NCBI GenBank assembly: GCA_964394145.1
Contig: CAYMVL010000033.1
Location: 711-64,710, forward strand
Source of the DNA: an uncultured Dehalococcoidales bacterium
GTDB taxonomy: Bacteria > Chloroflexota > Dehalococcoidia > GIF9 > AB-539-J10
Reading direction: 5' to 3'
DNA length: 64,000 nucleotides
Below are positions 32,834 through 42,975 of the stretch, piece by piece. Position numbers and translations under genes: made by a program. Positions within the stretch are counted from its first letter, which is position 1; every line of letters begins with the position of its first letter. The notes under the pieces are model-generated. The model saw only the letters and a program-made list of their open reading frames with translations, was not told the DNA's origin and did not search any database.

Positions 32834-34027
32834 TCAATGGTTCTTCTTGATGAATCTGCTCATTCTACTGAGAGCTTCTTCGATATTGGTTAGAGAAGTT
32901 GCATAACAGCAACGAATAAAACCCTCGCCGTGTTTTCCGAAGGCAGTGCCAGGCACTACTGCAACCTTCTCCTCTATTAGTAACTTCTCACTAAACTCTT
33001 CTGACGACATTCCCGTACTTCTTATCGAAGGGAACGCATAGAAGGCACCTTTGGGTTCAAAGCAGTGCAGGCCGATTTCATTTAATCTCTTGACTATGAT
33101 TCGACGGCGTCCATCATACTCTTGAACCATCCTCTTAGTGTCTTTTTCACCATTCTTGAGTGCTTCTATAGCTGCCATTTGGGCTATCGTGGGGGCACTG
33201 AGCATGGTATACTGGTGAATCTTGGTTGCAGCTCCGATAAGTTCTTGATTGCCTGCTATATAGCCTATACGCCAGCCTGTCATAGCATAGGATTTAGAAA
33301 ATCCCCCAAGTAATATGGTTTGCTCTTTCATTCCAGGCAAGCTGGAGAAACAGGTGTGGCCTACACCGTAAACTAGGCGAGCATAGATCTCATCGGATAT
33401 TACCAATAAGTTATATTTTCGAGCTAGTTCGGCAATTTCAATCAACTCTTCCCTGGTGCTGACCGCCCCGGTGGGATTTGCGGGATATCCGATCAAAATG
33501 ACTTTCGTCTGCTTTGTAATCTGAGCTTCTATGTCTTCAGCCCTGATAACGAAGTTATTCTCTTCATAAGTAGGAACTGAGATCGCTGTGCCGCCGGCCA
33601 AGATAATATCTGAACGGTAGGCAACATAGCATGGGTCTGGGATAATCACTTCATCTCCTGTATTGAGTACGGCTCTCAAAATAAGGTCAAGCCCTTCACT
33701 AACACCTACGGTTATGAGAATTTCAGATTCAGGATTATAAATGACCCCGTAGTTGAGCTCTAGATATTCGGCTAATCGCTGGCGCAATTCAGGCAACCCG
33801 TAGTTCGAAGTGTACATTGTGTAGCCTCTTTCCAGCGAATTCATGGCTGCATCTCGTATATGCCATGGCGTAACAAAATCAGGTTCGCCTATGCTCAGGG
33901 AAATCACGCCTTCCATGGAGGAAAGCAGATCAAAAAATTTTCTGATGCCGGATGGCGCAATAGCATTTACTCTCTGGGATAGAAAGCTAGCCGGAGACTT
34001 AACTGAACCGGAATTTATCCTTGGCAT
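32834..34027 (-). CDS. Pyridoxal-phosphate-dependent aminotransferase, class I/II (aspartate/alanine aminotransferase family)
   Basis: The product contains IRKFFDLLS...LSIGEPDF...NPTGAV...SFSKSYAMTGWRIGY (the PLP-Lys region). The start is set at MPRINSG, 1 nt after the lrp stop, which indicates a coupled operon. Confidence 0.8.
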   Translation of the reverse strand: MPRINSGSVKSPASFLSQRVNAIAPSGIRKFFDLLSSMEGVISLSIGEPDFVTPWHIRDAAMNSLERGYTMYTSNYGLPELRQRLAEYLELNYGVIYNPESEILITVGVSEGLDLILRAVLNTGDEVIIPDPCYVAYRSDIILAGGTAISVPTYEENNFVIRAEDIEAQITKQTKVILIGYPANPTGAVSTREELIEIAELARKYNLLVISDEIYARLVYGVGHTCFSSLPGMKEQTILLGGFSKSYAMTGWRIGYIAGNQELIGAATKIHQYTMLSAPTIAQMAAIEALKNGEKDTKRMVQEYDGRRRIIVKRLNEIGLHCFEPKGAFYAFPSIRSTGMSSEEFSEKLLIEEKVAVVPGTAFGKHGEGFIRCCYATSLTNIEEALSRMSRFIKKNH

Positions 34028-34028
34028 A

Positions 34029-34508
34029 TTATAGAGTAATGGGCAATCGTTTGACTTCCTCGATAGGCGCCAGTACTTTCCCGCTGTCCTTATATCGTTT
34101 GAGAAGGAAGTGAGTGACCGTACTTTGCACCTCATTTAAGGGGGCCAGCTTTTCCGTCACAAAGCTGGAAATTTCCTGCATGTCTTTACCTTTCACCAAT
34201 ACAGCGAGGTCATAGGTGCCTGAAACCAGGAAAGCGGAATAAACGTGAGGAAATTGATAGATGTGCTCCGCAATAGCATCGAAACCGGCGTCTCGCTGGG
34301 GTGTTACTCTAACTTCGATTAAAGCCCATACCTCCTTTTCCCCCAACTTAGGCCAGTCTACAATCGCTCTATATTTCAGGATGGTCTTGTCTTCTTCGGC
34401 TTTCCTGATTATCCTTTCTACCTCCTCGACAGGCAAATTTACCATAGTCGAAATCTGCTCTGCGGTCGCTTTAGCGTTATCTTCCAAGATTTCAAAAATG
34501 CGTTTCAT
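34029..34508 (-). CDS. Lrp/AsnC family transcriptional regulator
   Basis: The 159-aa product has an N-terminal HTH (MKRIFEILEDNAKATAEQISTMVNLP). Its C-terminal part is a RAM/AsnC_trans ligand domain. It lies immediately upstream of the aminotransferase gene. Confidence 0.85.
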   Translation of the reverse strand: MKRIFEILEDNAKATAEQISTMVNLPVEEVERIIRKAEEDKTILKYRAIVDWPKLGEKEVWALIEVRVTPQRDAGFDAIAEHIYQFPHVYSAFLVSGTYDLAVLVKGKDMQEISSFVTEKLAPLNEVQSTVTHFLLKRYKDSGKVLAPIEEVKRLPITL

Positions 34509-34730
34509 AATTCCTCCTCAATTACAACTCCCTGGCTGACCACCTGCCAATTAGCTAATTGTAGCATAACTAGAATAGTCTACCTTGTTCAGTGATAATC
34601 TTGCATAGTATCCTGCTTTGTTCTAGCTAGGCTTGTTCTCTTGCCCCTATCTTGATTTCTTCCCGCTGCCAGGCGAAACAACTCTGTTCCCGTGCATAAG
34701 TGCGGCTTCAATAGCATTTCATCTTCAATA

Positions 34731-36203
34731 TCATAATGTGGGCCTCTTCTTGTGCCAGTCGGTAGCTTGCTCATAGGCGAAAGCAATGCGCAACAAAGTC
34801 TCCTCGCTGAAAGGTTTACCCATAATTTGCATCCCAATGGGTAAGCCATGTGCGAAACCAGCAGGAATCGATATCGCCGGAATGCCCGCTATGTTTATGG
34901 GCAGGGTACAGACGTCTGTGAGGTACATTTGCAGCGGGTCGTCCAGCTTCTCGCCGATCCTAAAAGCTGTAGCCGGAGATGTAGGGGTAACTAGAGCGTC
35001 ATATTTCTGGAACGCCTGGTCAAATTCTTTTTTGATTAAGGATCTCACCTTCTGTGCTTTAAGATAGTAAGCATCGTAATAGCCGGCTGATAAAGCATAA
35101 GTTCCCAGCATTATGCGTCTTTTTACCTCTGGGCCAAAGCCGAATTGTCGTGTCTTTTCTGTCGCCTCTATTACATTGCTGGCGTTCTGTTCACGGAAGC
35201 CATATTTCACTCCATCATAGCGGGCCAGATTGGCTGATGCTTCCGACGGGGCAAGTATGTAGTAGGCAGCCAAAGCATACTTGGTATGTGGCAGTGAGAC
35301 CTCCCAGTCTATTTCTGCACCCAAATCGCCTAGTTTTTCAACTGCTTTCTCCAAAGCTAATCTTACTTCATTCTGCATGCCCTCTACGAAGTATTCCCTG
35401 GGGATACCGATACGCAGCCCTCTGAGGTCGGCAATCAGTGCAAGGGTATAATCTGGCACAGGGTGTGAGACCGAAGTTGAATCTCTGGCATCGTATCCTG
35501 CAATAGCATTCATCACAAGGGCGCAGTCAGAGACGTCTTTAGTTAGCGGTCCGATTTGGTCTAGGGAGCTGGCAAAGGCAACCAGGCCGAAGCGGCTCAC
35601 CCGTCCATAGGTGGGCTTAAGGCCTATCACATTGCAGAACCCTGCTGGTTGACGTATGCTTCCCCCTGTGTCTGAGCCAAGTGCATACAAAACCTCGTCA
35701 GCAGCCACAGCAGCCGCTGAGCCGCCACTGCTACCACCAGGCACACGGCTTAAATCCCAGGGATTATACGTGGGGGAAAAGGCAGAATATTCTGTGGAAG
35801 AGCCCATGGCAAACTCATCCATATTAGCCTTTCCTATGATTACGGCATCTTGTGCCTTCAGCTTCTGTATCACAGTGGCATCGTAGGGAGGAATAAAACT
35901 CTCAAGCATCTTTGAACCGCATGTGGTTCGGATCCCTTTGGTACAAATGATATCCTTGATCAGCGCGGGTATGCCTGTTAGAGGTGCAATATCACCATTG
36001 GCTATACGATTATCCGCCTCCTTTGCTTGCCTCAAAGCTATATCCTCTGTGATGGTCACACAAGCGTGAACCTTTCTTTCCATATCATAAATTCGATTCA
36101 ATGCTAATGCTGTCAATTCGACAGAGGTGACCTTCCCTTGCTTGAGGAGTTGATGCGCCTCATGAATAGTCAACTGATGTAATGTACTTGGCTGCATTGT
36201 CAA
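34731..36203 (-). CDS. gatA: Glu-tRNA(Gln)/Asp-tRNA(Asn) amidotransferase subunit A
   Basis: The product carries the amidase signature [13 protein letters not shown] and is 490 aa long. Confidence 0.9.
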   Translation of the reverse strand: MTMQPSTLHQLTIHEAHQLLKQGKVTSVELTALALNRIYDMERKVHACVTITEDIALRQAKEADNRIANGDIAPLTGIPALIKDIICTKGIRTTCGSKMLESFIPPYDATVIQKLKAQDAVIIGKANMDEFAMGSSTEYSAFSPTYNPWDLSRVPGGSSGGSAAAVAADEVLYALGSDTGGSIRQPAGFCNVIGLKPTYGRVSRFGLVAFASSLDQIGPLTKDVSDCALVMNAIAGYDARDSTSVSHPVPDYTLALIADLRGLRIGIPREYFVEGMQNEVRLALEKAVEKLGDLGAEIDWEVSLPHTKYALAAYYILAPSEASANLARYDGVKYGFREQNASNVIEATEKTRQFGFGPEVKRRIMLGTYALSAGYYDAYYLKAQKVRSLIKKEFDQAFQKYDALVTPTSPATAFRIGEKLDDPLQMYLTDVCTLPINIAGIPAISIPAGFAHGLPIGMQIMGKPFSEETLLRIAFAYEQATDWHKKRPTL

Positions 36204-36838
36204 AATCTTTCTTTAAAGCTGTGACGCTTAATGATTCTACGCCAGTCACCGGTAGTCTTCGTATGCATCTCTCTAAGCCTCGGGACATAGTTTATGAGCA
36301 CAAATACTGGTAACCCTATGGAAAAATAAACCAAAGGCATAGAATGATAGATGAATCTGGCTGCAAAGGGAAAGGCGATGAAAGCTATGGAATAGCAGAA
36401 GGTGAAGTTATGAGTGATAGCTAGAGCGATTGCGGCAACAGCGACAAAAAACGGAATCGCTTTGGGCATCAAAAATGCGAGAATACCCACAGCGGTAGCC
36501 CCACCTTTCCCACCACGAAATTTAAGGAAAACGGGAAAGATATGGCCTAGCACCGCCGCTACAGCAGTGATTCCAGTAGTCAGATCAAATGTCGAAATTA
36601 AAGGTATACCTAGCAGATACCGTACTAGCAGTATTGCCCCCACACCCTTACAGACGTCAATCAGGAGCACTAGGATTCCTTCTATCGGCCCCACCTCATA
36701 GTAGACGTTCAGCGTTCCCATGTTCTTGCTTCCCACGGTACGAATATCGATCCCCTTTCTCAGGCGGCCAGCGATATAGGCTGCAGGGATGGAGCCAAGC
36801 AGGTAACCACAGACTACGGCGATGAGGATGTTAACCAT
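36200..36838 (-). CDS. plsY: Glycerol-3-phosphate acyltransferase PlsY
   Basis: The 212-aa membrane protein contains [15 protein letters not shown]...[10 protein letters not shown]...FKGGKGGAT, which are the PlsY motifs. It sits between gatC and gatA and overlaps the gatA start by 4 nt. Confidence 0.85.
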   Translation of the reverse strand: MVNILIAVVCGYLLGSIPAAYIAGRLRKGIDIRTVGSKNMGTLNVYYEVGPIEGILVLLIDVCKGVGAILLVRYLLGIPLISTFDLTTGITAVAAVLGHIFPVFLKFRGGKGGATAVGILAFLMPKAIPFFVAVAAIALAITHNFTFCYSIAFIAFPFAARFIYHSMPLVYFSIGLPVFVLINYVPRLREMHTKTTGDWRRIIKRHSFKERF

Positions 36839-36851
36839 TTGACAAGTACAT

Positions 36852-37151
36852 CTATTCTAGTATGGCCTGTACCTTGAAGCAATTATCCTCTTCAGCAGGT
36901 GCGTTAGCAAGAATCTCACTGCGAGGATATGAGTTAGCCACTTCATCTTCACGGAAGACATTCTTGAGAGGAATAGTCTGAGTAGCTGGTGGGACATTTG
37001 TTGTGTCTACTTCCTTAAGAATCTCAAAGTTGTCTAAGATATCGGATAGTTGCAGGCTGAACTTTTCGATTTCAGCTTCGCTTAAACCCAAACGGGCTAG
37101 CCAGGCAATATGTCTTACTTGATCATGGGTCAATTTCATCTCACTCGCCAT
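36852..37151 (-). CDS. gatC: Glu-tRNA(Gln) amidotransferase subunit C
   Basis: The 99-aa product begins MASEMKLTHDQVRHIAWLARLGLSEAEIEKFSLQLSDIL, which is a typical GatC sequence. Confidence 0.8.
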   Translation of the reverse strand: MASEMKLTHDQVRHIAWLARLGLSEAEIEKFSLQLSDILDNFEILKEVDTTNVPPATQTIPLKNVFREDEVANSYPRSEILANAPAEEDNCFKVQAILE

Positions 37152-37682
37152 TATAGCATGCTGACTAGCGCCATAACAGTATATGTACTGGATGACGACA
37201 TAGCTAACACTGGGCCAATCTTGGTAAGTCTATTCTGAATATCCTCTATAGAAGAAGGATAAGCAGGCGAGTGGTGGGGATGTTGAATATAGGTCGTCCC
37301 CGTCACTAGGCTGGCCCCGGTCCTGATTTTTCATGGTGCTGAGCAAAAGCGGGAAGGCCAGAGTAAGACAAGGGGGGAAGCAATTCTGGGAGACCTGCTT
37401 GAGATGCAAAGCCTGCCTCACGCGCTATTGGCGACTGGGTGATAATAAGGAGAGAAAAACCCTATGCTGCAGCCATAACAGGTCATAGATTACTAAGAGA
37501 GGTATTACTGAGAGATAAGCGAAAGATTGCACCCTCTACGCTGATCACTCAGCAATAGAATTGGAGAAGGAAGAAACGAAAGTCAGCTACAAAGCGAATA
37601 AGTGTTACCAGCTTCAGATGGGTTTCTCTTTGAAGTCGGGTTAGTAGTTGAGTATGACTTGATAGAAAGGAATATCCTTGTG

Positions 37683-37784
37683 ATGAAAGTTATTCTACTG
37701 CTTCTTTTCACAATTGGACTCATTAGCGTCGGCCTGTTGACACTCATCATTAATGTGCAATATAATGTCGTCTTTGTACTATGA
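37683..37784 (+). CDS. Possible small hydrophobic peptide (33 aa; single TM) translationally coupled to cooC
   Basis: The ORF MKVILLLLFTIGLISVGLLTLIINVQYNVVFVL ends in an ATGA overlap with the cooC ATG at 37781. The RBS is weak. The track shows a longer GTG-initiated version from 37602. Confidence 0.2.
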   Translation: MKVILLLLFTIGLISVGLLTLIINVQYNVVFVL

Positions 37785-38545
37785 AAATCGCCGTTAGCGG
37801 TAAAGGAGGGACAGGCAAGACTATGCTAGTGTCCTTCCTTTCTGTTGTATTCGCCAAATCTGGCTATTCCGTTATTGCAATAGATGCCGATCCGAATGTA
37901 AATCTAGCGGATAGTTTTGGTTTTCCCGATTCCGAGAAGATAATACCAATATCCAAAATGGATGACCTTATAGAAGAAAGGACAGGGGCGAGGCCCGGTC
38001 AGATGGCGCCCTATTTCAAACTAAATCCGAAAGTTGATGACCTGCCTGATAAGTGCTCTCTCAGATATGACGGAATCAGGATAATGGTGATGGGACCAAT
38101 TAAGGCGGCTGGAAGCGGCTGTTACTGTCCTGAAGGCGCTTTGCTTGAAGCCTTAGTTGCCCATTTGCTACTCAGAATTGACGAAATGGTTATTCTGGAT
38201 ATGGAGGCCGGGATAGAGCATCTGACGCGTGGCACTGCTAAGGGAGTGGATAAGTTAATTATAGTGGTCGAACCGACCAAGAAGAGCATTCTCACAGGCT
38301 ATAGAGTTAGAGATTTAGCTCTGGAGATAGGATTAAATAGCATCGGAGTAGTGGGCAATAAGATTCGGAACGAGAAAGAGAAGGATTTCCTTATTTCGAA
38401 TATGGCTGGTTTCGAATTCCTCGGATTCATTCCTTATGACGAAGGCATCGCAGAAGCGGACATTTCAGGTTTGCCTCTTATCGATTCCAGCGAAAAAGTT
38501 ATGACTGAAGTCAAAAACATTGCTGCCCGGCTTATTAATGGGTGA
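37781..38545 (+). CDS. cooC: CooC/AcsF-family Ni-insertion ATPase (MinD/ParA fold), copy 1
   Basis: The product contains MKIAVSGKGGTGKT (a deviant Walker A) and a CxC motif (GSGCYCPE) typical of CooC. It is the first gene of the CODH/ACS cluster. Confidence 0.8.
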   Translation: MKIAVSGKGGTGKTMLVSFLSVVFAKSGYSVIAIDADPNVNLADSFGFPDSEKIIPISKMDDLIEERTGARPGQMAPYFKLNPKVDDLPDKCSLRYDGIRIMVMGPIKAAGSGCYCPEGALLEALVAHLLLRIDEMVILDMEAGIEHLTRGTAKGVDKLIIVVEPTKKSILTGYRVRDLALEIGLNSIGVVGNKIRNEKEKDFLISNMAGFEFLGFIPYDEGIAEADISGLPLIDSSEKVMTEVKNIAARLING

Positions 38546-38577
38546 GCTAGTAAGTAAATAAAAGGAAGGTGAACATT

Positions 38578-40341
38578 ATGGCGTACGATGCGACTAAGAT
38601 GAAGGACTGGCAGATTTCAGAAGCGGCCGAAGAGACAATGCCAACTCCTGACGAGTGGCGAGAGAAGCTAGACTTACAGAAGGATGAGATTATTCCTTTT
38701 GGAAGGCTAAGTCGGCTTGATTTCATGAAGATAATTGAGCGCCTCAAAGACAGGCCAGATGGCAAATATATTGAGGTAACTGCCATAACCCCGACACCAT
38801 TGGGGGAAGGCAAAACGACGACTTTGATGGGAATCCTGGAAGGTTTAGGCAAGCGAGGTGTCAATGTGGGCGGTGCCATTCGCCAACCATCGGGTGGCCC
38901 CACCATGAATATTAAAGGAACTGCTGCGGGTGGGGGCAATGCTCTTCTGATTCCTATGACCGAATTCTCGATGGGTCTAACTGGCGACATCAACGATATC
39001 GCCAATGCCCATAACCTGGCTATGGTAGCGCTTACTGCTAGAATGCAGCATGAGCGGAACTACGATGACGATGAGTTAGCCAAGCGTACGAAGATGCGAC
39101 GGCTGGGCATCGACCCCACTCGAGTGGAGATGGGCTGGGTCATGGATTTCTGCGCCCAGAGCCTGAGGAATATTATTATAGGGCTTGGTAGTCGCATGGA
39201 CGGCTATGCGATGCAGTCCAGATTCGGTATCACTGTGAGCTCGGAGATCATGGCGATGCTGTCCATCGTGAGCGACCTGGCAGACTTGCGCAAGAGGATG
39301 GATGAAATTACTGTAGCTTTTGACAAGAAAGGTAACCCTGTTACTACACGTGACTTGGAGGTCGGGGGCGCCATGACTGCCTGGGTGCGTAATACTATTA
39401 ATCCTACATTGATGTGTACAGTTGAACATCAGCCATGCATGGTACATGCGGGTCCGTTTGCCAATATTGCTGTGGGCCAGTCCTCTATTATAGCCGACCG
39501 CATCGGGCTAAAGATGTTCGATTATCATGTCACGGAGAGCGGCTTCGCCGCAGACATTGGTTTCGAGAAGTTCTGGAATGTGAAATGCCGCTACAGCGGC
39601 CTCAAGCCGCACGTATCGGTACTTACTGCCACTATCAGGGCGTTGAAGATGCATGGTGGTGGGCCTAAGGTGGTAGCCGGCCTGCCGCTGCCCGAGTCTT
39701 ATACGAAGGAGGACCTGGGTCTCCTGGAGAAAGGTATTCCTAATATGCTGCATCACATCAACACCATCAGGACATCAGGCATCAATCCTGTAGTATGCAT
39801 TAATAGCTTCCCTACAGATACTAAGGAAGAGATTGCCATGGTTCGAAAGGCAGCTGAGGCAGCTGGAGCGAGATGCGCTGTTTCCTCCCATTGGGCTGAT
39901 GGCGGCGATGGTGCCCTGGAGTTGGCTGATGCGATTAAGGATGCTGCAGAAAGCAAGACTGATTTCAAATTCCTCTATCCTATGGAAATGAAACTGCGGG
40001 AACGTGTGGATAGGATTGCCAAGGTAGTCTATGGGGCTGACGGAGTGACATGGAGCCCTGAGGCTGAAGCCAAGGCCAAGTCATTCGAGGCTGATTCCAA
40101 ATATGATGAGTACGCCACCATGATGGTGAAAACACACCTGAGTCTGACACATGATCCGACCATAAAGGGCACCCCAAAGGGATGGTTACTGCCGATTCGT
40201 GACGTGCTGATTTATTCCGGAGCGAAGTTCCTCTGTCCATGTGCTGGTAGCATAAGCCTGATGCCGGGAACCAGCTCTGATCCAGCCTTTCGAAGGGTGG
40301 ATGTCGATACGAAAACGGGCAAGGTTAGCGGGCTTTTCTAA
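38578..40341 (+). CDS. fhs: Formate--tetrahydrofolate ligase
   Basis: The product contains [16 protein letters not shown] (the FTHFS signature), followed by ...[10 protein letters not shown]...DIANAHNLA.... The ATG at 38578 is preferred because AAGGAAGGTG lies 7 nt upstream. Confidence 0.9.
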   Translation: MAYDATKMKDWQISEAAEETMPTPDEWREKLDLQKDEIIPFGRLSRLDFMKIIERLKDRPDGKYIEVTAITPTPLGEGKTTTLMGILEGLGKRGVNVGGAIRQPSGGPTMNIKGTAAGGGNALLIPMTEFSMGLTGDINDIANAHNLAMVALTARMQHERNYDDDELAKRTKMRRLGIDPTRVEMGWVMDFCAQSLRNIIIGLGSRMDGYAMQSRFGITVSSEIMAMLSIVSDLADLRKRMDEITVAFDKKGNPVTTRDLEVGGAMTAWVRNTINPTLMCTVEHQPCMVHAGPFANIAVGQSSIIADRIGLKMFDYHVTESGFAADIGFEKFWNVKCRYSGLKPHVSVLTATIRALKMHGGGPKVVAGLPLPESYTKEDLGLLEKGIPNMLHHINTIRTSGINPVVCINSFPTDTKEEIAMVRKAAEAAGARCAVSSHWADGGDGALELADAIKDAAESKTDFKFLYPMEMKLRERVDRIAKVVYGADGVTWSPEAEAKAKSFEADSKYDEYATMMVKTHLSLTHDPTIKGTPKGWLLPIRDVLIYSGAKFLCPCAGSISLMPGTSSDPAFRRVDVDTKTGKVSGLF

Positions 40342-40417
40342 AAGGCAATAGACATGGCTGGGCCTCACCTAGGAATGTATTACCTGGGCGTTACAGCGAA
40401 CCCTCCCTTTAAGGAAG

Positions 40418-41092
40418 ATGCTGACGGTGAGGATATTGGAAGAAACAGAGATTGTCTCTCTAACTATTGATGGAAAGCAAGTAAGGGCTGCTAAGGATGA
40501 GAAGATATTATGGGCAGCTTTAGATAATGGTATCTATATTCCCAACCTCTGTGGCATTCGCGACAGGAATCAGCCTTCTGCTTCCTGTCGCCTGTGCTTT
40601 GTGGAGCTAGAAGGGAAGCGTGCTCCGGTTACAGCCTGCACCACTACCGTAGCCGATGGCATGGTAGTCAATACCAAGGGGGAGAGAGCTTCAAGGCTAG
40701 CTCGGGGCTCTTTCGAGTTATTGTTGTCCAACTTGCCTTTGGACTGTGCTCATTGCCCCAAAAGTGGTTCCTGCGAGATTCAGAAGATTGCCAAGCACTT
40801 ACGCGTGAGGCTGAACTCAAAGCGGTTCAGAAAGACGCCGCGCGACTTACCGATAGACTCCAGCAGCCCTGTATTCATCTATGACCCTAATAAATGCGTG
40901 CTGTGTGGCAGGTGCGTTTGGGTATGTGAGGAAAAACTGGGGATAGGAGCAATTGGTTTCGCTCATCGCGGCTTCGAGCGCATGGTTACGACATTTGGAG
41001 GTGAGCCAATCGGCCAGTCCAGTTGTAAAGGTTGTGGCGATTGCGTAAATGTGTGTCCCTCTGGTGCCTTGCTATTCAAGGAGAAGAATTGA
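40418..41092 (+). CDS. Standalone NuoG/HndD/FdhA N-terminal-like iron-sulfur protein (2Fe-2S plus atypical 4Fe-4S plus two ferredoxin-type 4Fe-4S clusters; no catalytic domain)
   Basis: The 224-aa product has C-x12-C-x2-C-x13-C (CGIRDRNQPSASCRLCFVELEGKRAPVTAC), a plant-type 2Fe-2S pattern. It has PLDCAHCPKSGSCEIQ (the NuoG-type HxxxCxxCxxxxxC cluster, with N in place of H). It also has CVLCGRCVWVCEE and CKGCGDCVNVCP, and ends after the ferredoxin domain. Confidence 0.7.
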   Translation: MLTVRILEETEIVSLTIDGKQVRAAKDEKILWAALDNGIYIPNLCGIRDRNQPSASCRLCFVELEGKRAPVTACTTTVADGMVVNTKGERASRLARGSFELLLSNLPLDCAHCPKSGSCEIQKIAKHLRVRLNSKRFRKTPRDLPIDSSSPVFIYDPNKCVLCGRCVWVCEEKLGIGAIGFAHRGFERMVTTFGGEPIGQSSCKGCGDCVNVCPSGALLFKEKN

Positions 41093-41146
41093 CAGGCAGT
41101 CTGTTTTTCCTGTAGACTATTGGACTTTGATTTAAGGGAGTGAAAG

Positions 41147-42028
41147 ATGGTTGTAATAGGAGAGAACATACACATCATTGCCAAGGCGGTAAATGATGCA
41201 GTAAAAGCCCGAAACCCGAGGCCGATTCAGGATTTAGCTGTGGCTCAGGCTGAACATGGAGCTGATTACATAGACTTGAATCTGGGCTACTGCAGGAAGG
41301 ATCCGTCCATCATGGCATGGGCAGTTAATATAGTTCAAGAAGTTGTTGATCTGCCCTTGTCCATAGATACTATGAACCCAGTAGCTATGGAGGAGGGTCT
41401 TAAGGCTTGCCAGAGGAGGCCTTTACTTAATTCTGCCTCAGGGAAGAGCGATTCAAAGGAAGAAATGCTTCCACTGGCTAAGAAATACGATTGCGATGTG
41501 GTCATTTCCTGCATTAACGATAAAGGCATGCCGGCTGAGGGTTATTCAAAGCTAGATAGTATTATGGATACCGTAGCCTATGCCAATGAACTGGGAATCC
41601 CAAACGAGAGGATATGGGCTGATCCCATAGTCCTTCCTGCAAGCACGGCTGGAGAGGGACAAAAGAATGCCATAGCAACTTATGAGTTTATAGAGATGCT
41701 GCCCCAGGCTTTACCAGAGACCCATTCACTGGTGGGCCTTTCCAATATATCTAATGGAGCACCTGAGGTAAATAGGCCGTATCTCAACCGTGTTTACCTT
41801 GTTATGATGGGCAGGAAGGGATTGGGCGCTTCGATCCACGATGCTCTCGACGAAAACATAATGAAGCTTGCAAAAGGTGAGGATCAGGCTCTAATTGACC
41901 TTATCTACAGGACGATGGATGGAGATGAGGGAGATTTGATGGCGCTCACCGAGGAAGAAATAAACTACATCAAGACGGTAAAGGTCCTTACGGGTGAGGT
42001 CCTTTATTCGGATGCTTGGCTTGAGTAG
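41147..42028 (+). CDS. acsE: Methyltetrahydrofolate:corrinoid/iron-sulfur protein methyltransferase (MeTr), pterin-binding DHPS-like barrel
   Basis: The product begins MVVIGENIHIIAK (compare the AcsE xxIGERIN motif) and contains ...ADYIDLNLG... as a pterin-binding TIM barrel. It is 293 aa and lies directly upstream of the CFeSP small subunit gene. Confidence 0.75.
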   Translation: MVVIGENIHIIAKAVNDAVKARNPRPIQDLAVAQAEHGADYIDLNLGYCRKDPSIMAWAVNIVQEVVDLPLSIDTMNPVAMEEGLKACQRRPLLNSASGKSDSKEEMLPLAKKYDCDVVISCINDKGMPAEGYSKLDSIMDTVAYANELGIPNERIWADPIVLPASTAGEGQKNAIATYEFIEMLPQALPETHSLVGLSNISNGAPEVNRPYLNRVYLVMMGRKGLGASIHDALDENIMKLAKGEDQALIDLIYRTMDGDEGDLMALTEEEINYIKTVKVLTGEVLYSDAWLE

Positions 42029-42042
42029 GAGGTAAAGTAAAG

Positions 42043-42975
42043 ATGGAATATAGACCGCCTGTCGAATCTAATACCGGGGTAGTCAATGAGGTAACCCTGG
42101 GCAAGCCAGGGGGGAAAACAATAAGAGTTGGAGGGGAAAATATCATGCCCTTCCATTTTTTTGATGAAGGTTCGTGGCCAAACCCTCCGGTGTTTGCACT
42201 ACAGATATTAGATAGGGAGCCGCCTCAGGATTTGCCTGGCTTTCTTTATGAGCCCTTCAAGGATGTGGTTCAGGACCCAGCCCAGTGGGCTAAGAAGGTG
42301 GAGGGATTAGACTATGTAGATGCGATCGAACTTTATCTTATGTCTACTGACCCCGCCGACCTTGATACAGGTCCTGAAAGAGCAGCTGAAGTGTCAAGAA
42401 AGGTGGCAGAGGCAACAAGCCTGCCTTTGATTATTTACGGCTGCGGCGATCCTGATAAGGACGCCAAGACTCTTCCCGCAGTCTGTGAAGCAGTTCATGG
42501 CATGCATTACTTGATAGGTCCGGTGCAGAAGGAGAACTATGAACCTTTGGGGAAGGCAATTCTAGACCATGATTTGTATCTCAGTGCTCAAACCCCAATG
42601 GATATTAATTTGCTAAAGGAATTGAATGTTAAGCTGGGACATTTTACTCCCCTGGAAAGGATAATCATTGACCCGATATCACCGGCTTTAGGGTATGGAA
42701 TAGAATACACTTATAGTCTGATGGAGCGTGTCAAGCAGCTTGGCGAGATTACTAAGGATAAGACGACCATGATGCCTATGATTGCTGATTTTGCTACCGA
42801 GGTTTGGAGGACTAAGCAGGCCAGGGAAAGTGAACAGCAGGGTTTGGTCTGGGAGGCTATGACCTCGTTTATGCTTCTTCAAGCCGGGGCGAATATTGTC
42901 ACACATCGATATTACAAGTCGATAAAGTTGGTAAAAGAAATGTATGAAAGCGAGGTGCAACAATGGCAGAAGTAG
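42043..42975 (+). CDS. cdhD: Corrinoid iron-sulfur protein small subunit (ACDS delta subunit)
   Basis: The 310-aa TIM-barrel protein lies in the conserved position before cdhA. Its size and composition match AcsD/CdhD. It has no Fe-S motif, as expected for this subunit. Confidence 0.7.
   Translation: MEYRPPVESNTGVVNEVTLGKPGGKTIRVGGENIMPFHFFDEGSWPNPPVFALQILDREPPQDLPGFLYEPFKDVVQDPAQWAKKVEGLDYVDAIELYLMSTDPADLDTGPERAAEVSRKVAEATSLPLIIYGCGDPDKDAKTLPAVCEAVHGMHYLIGPVQKENYEPLGKAILDHDLYLSAQTPMDINLLKELNVKLGHFTPLERIIIDPISPALGYGIEYTYSLMERVKQLGEITKDKTTMMPMIADFATEVWRTKQARESEQQGLVWEAMTSFMLLQAGANIVTHRYYKSIKLVKEMYESEVQQWQK

Noticed and set aside
40594-40884. A 96-aa ORF overlapping the NuoG-N-terminal-like gene in another frame.
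   Set aside because: It is an alternative-frame artefact. The annotated frame carries four complete Cys-cluster motifs.
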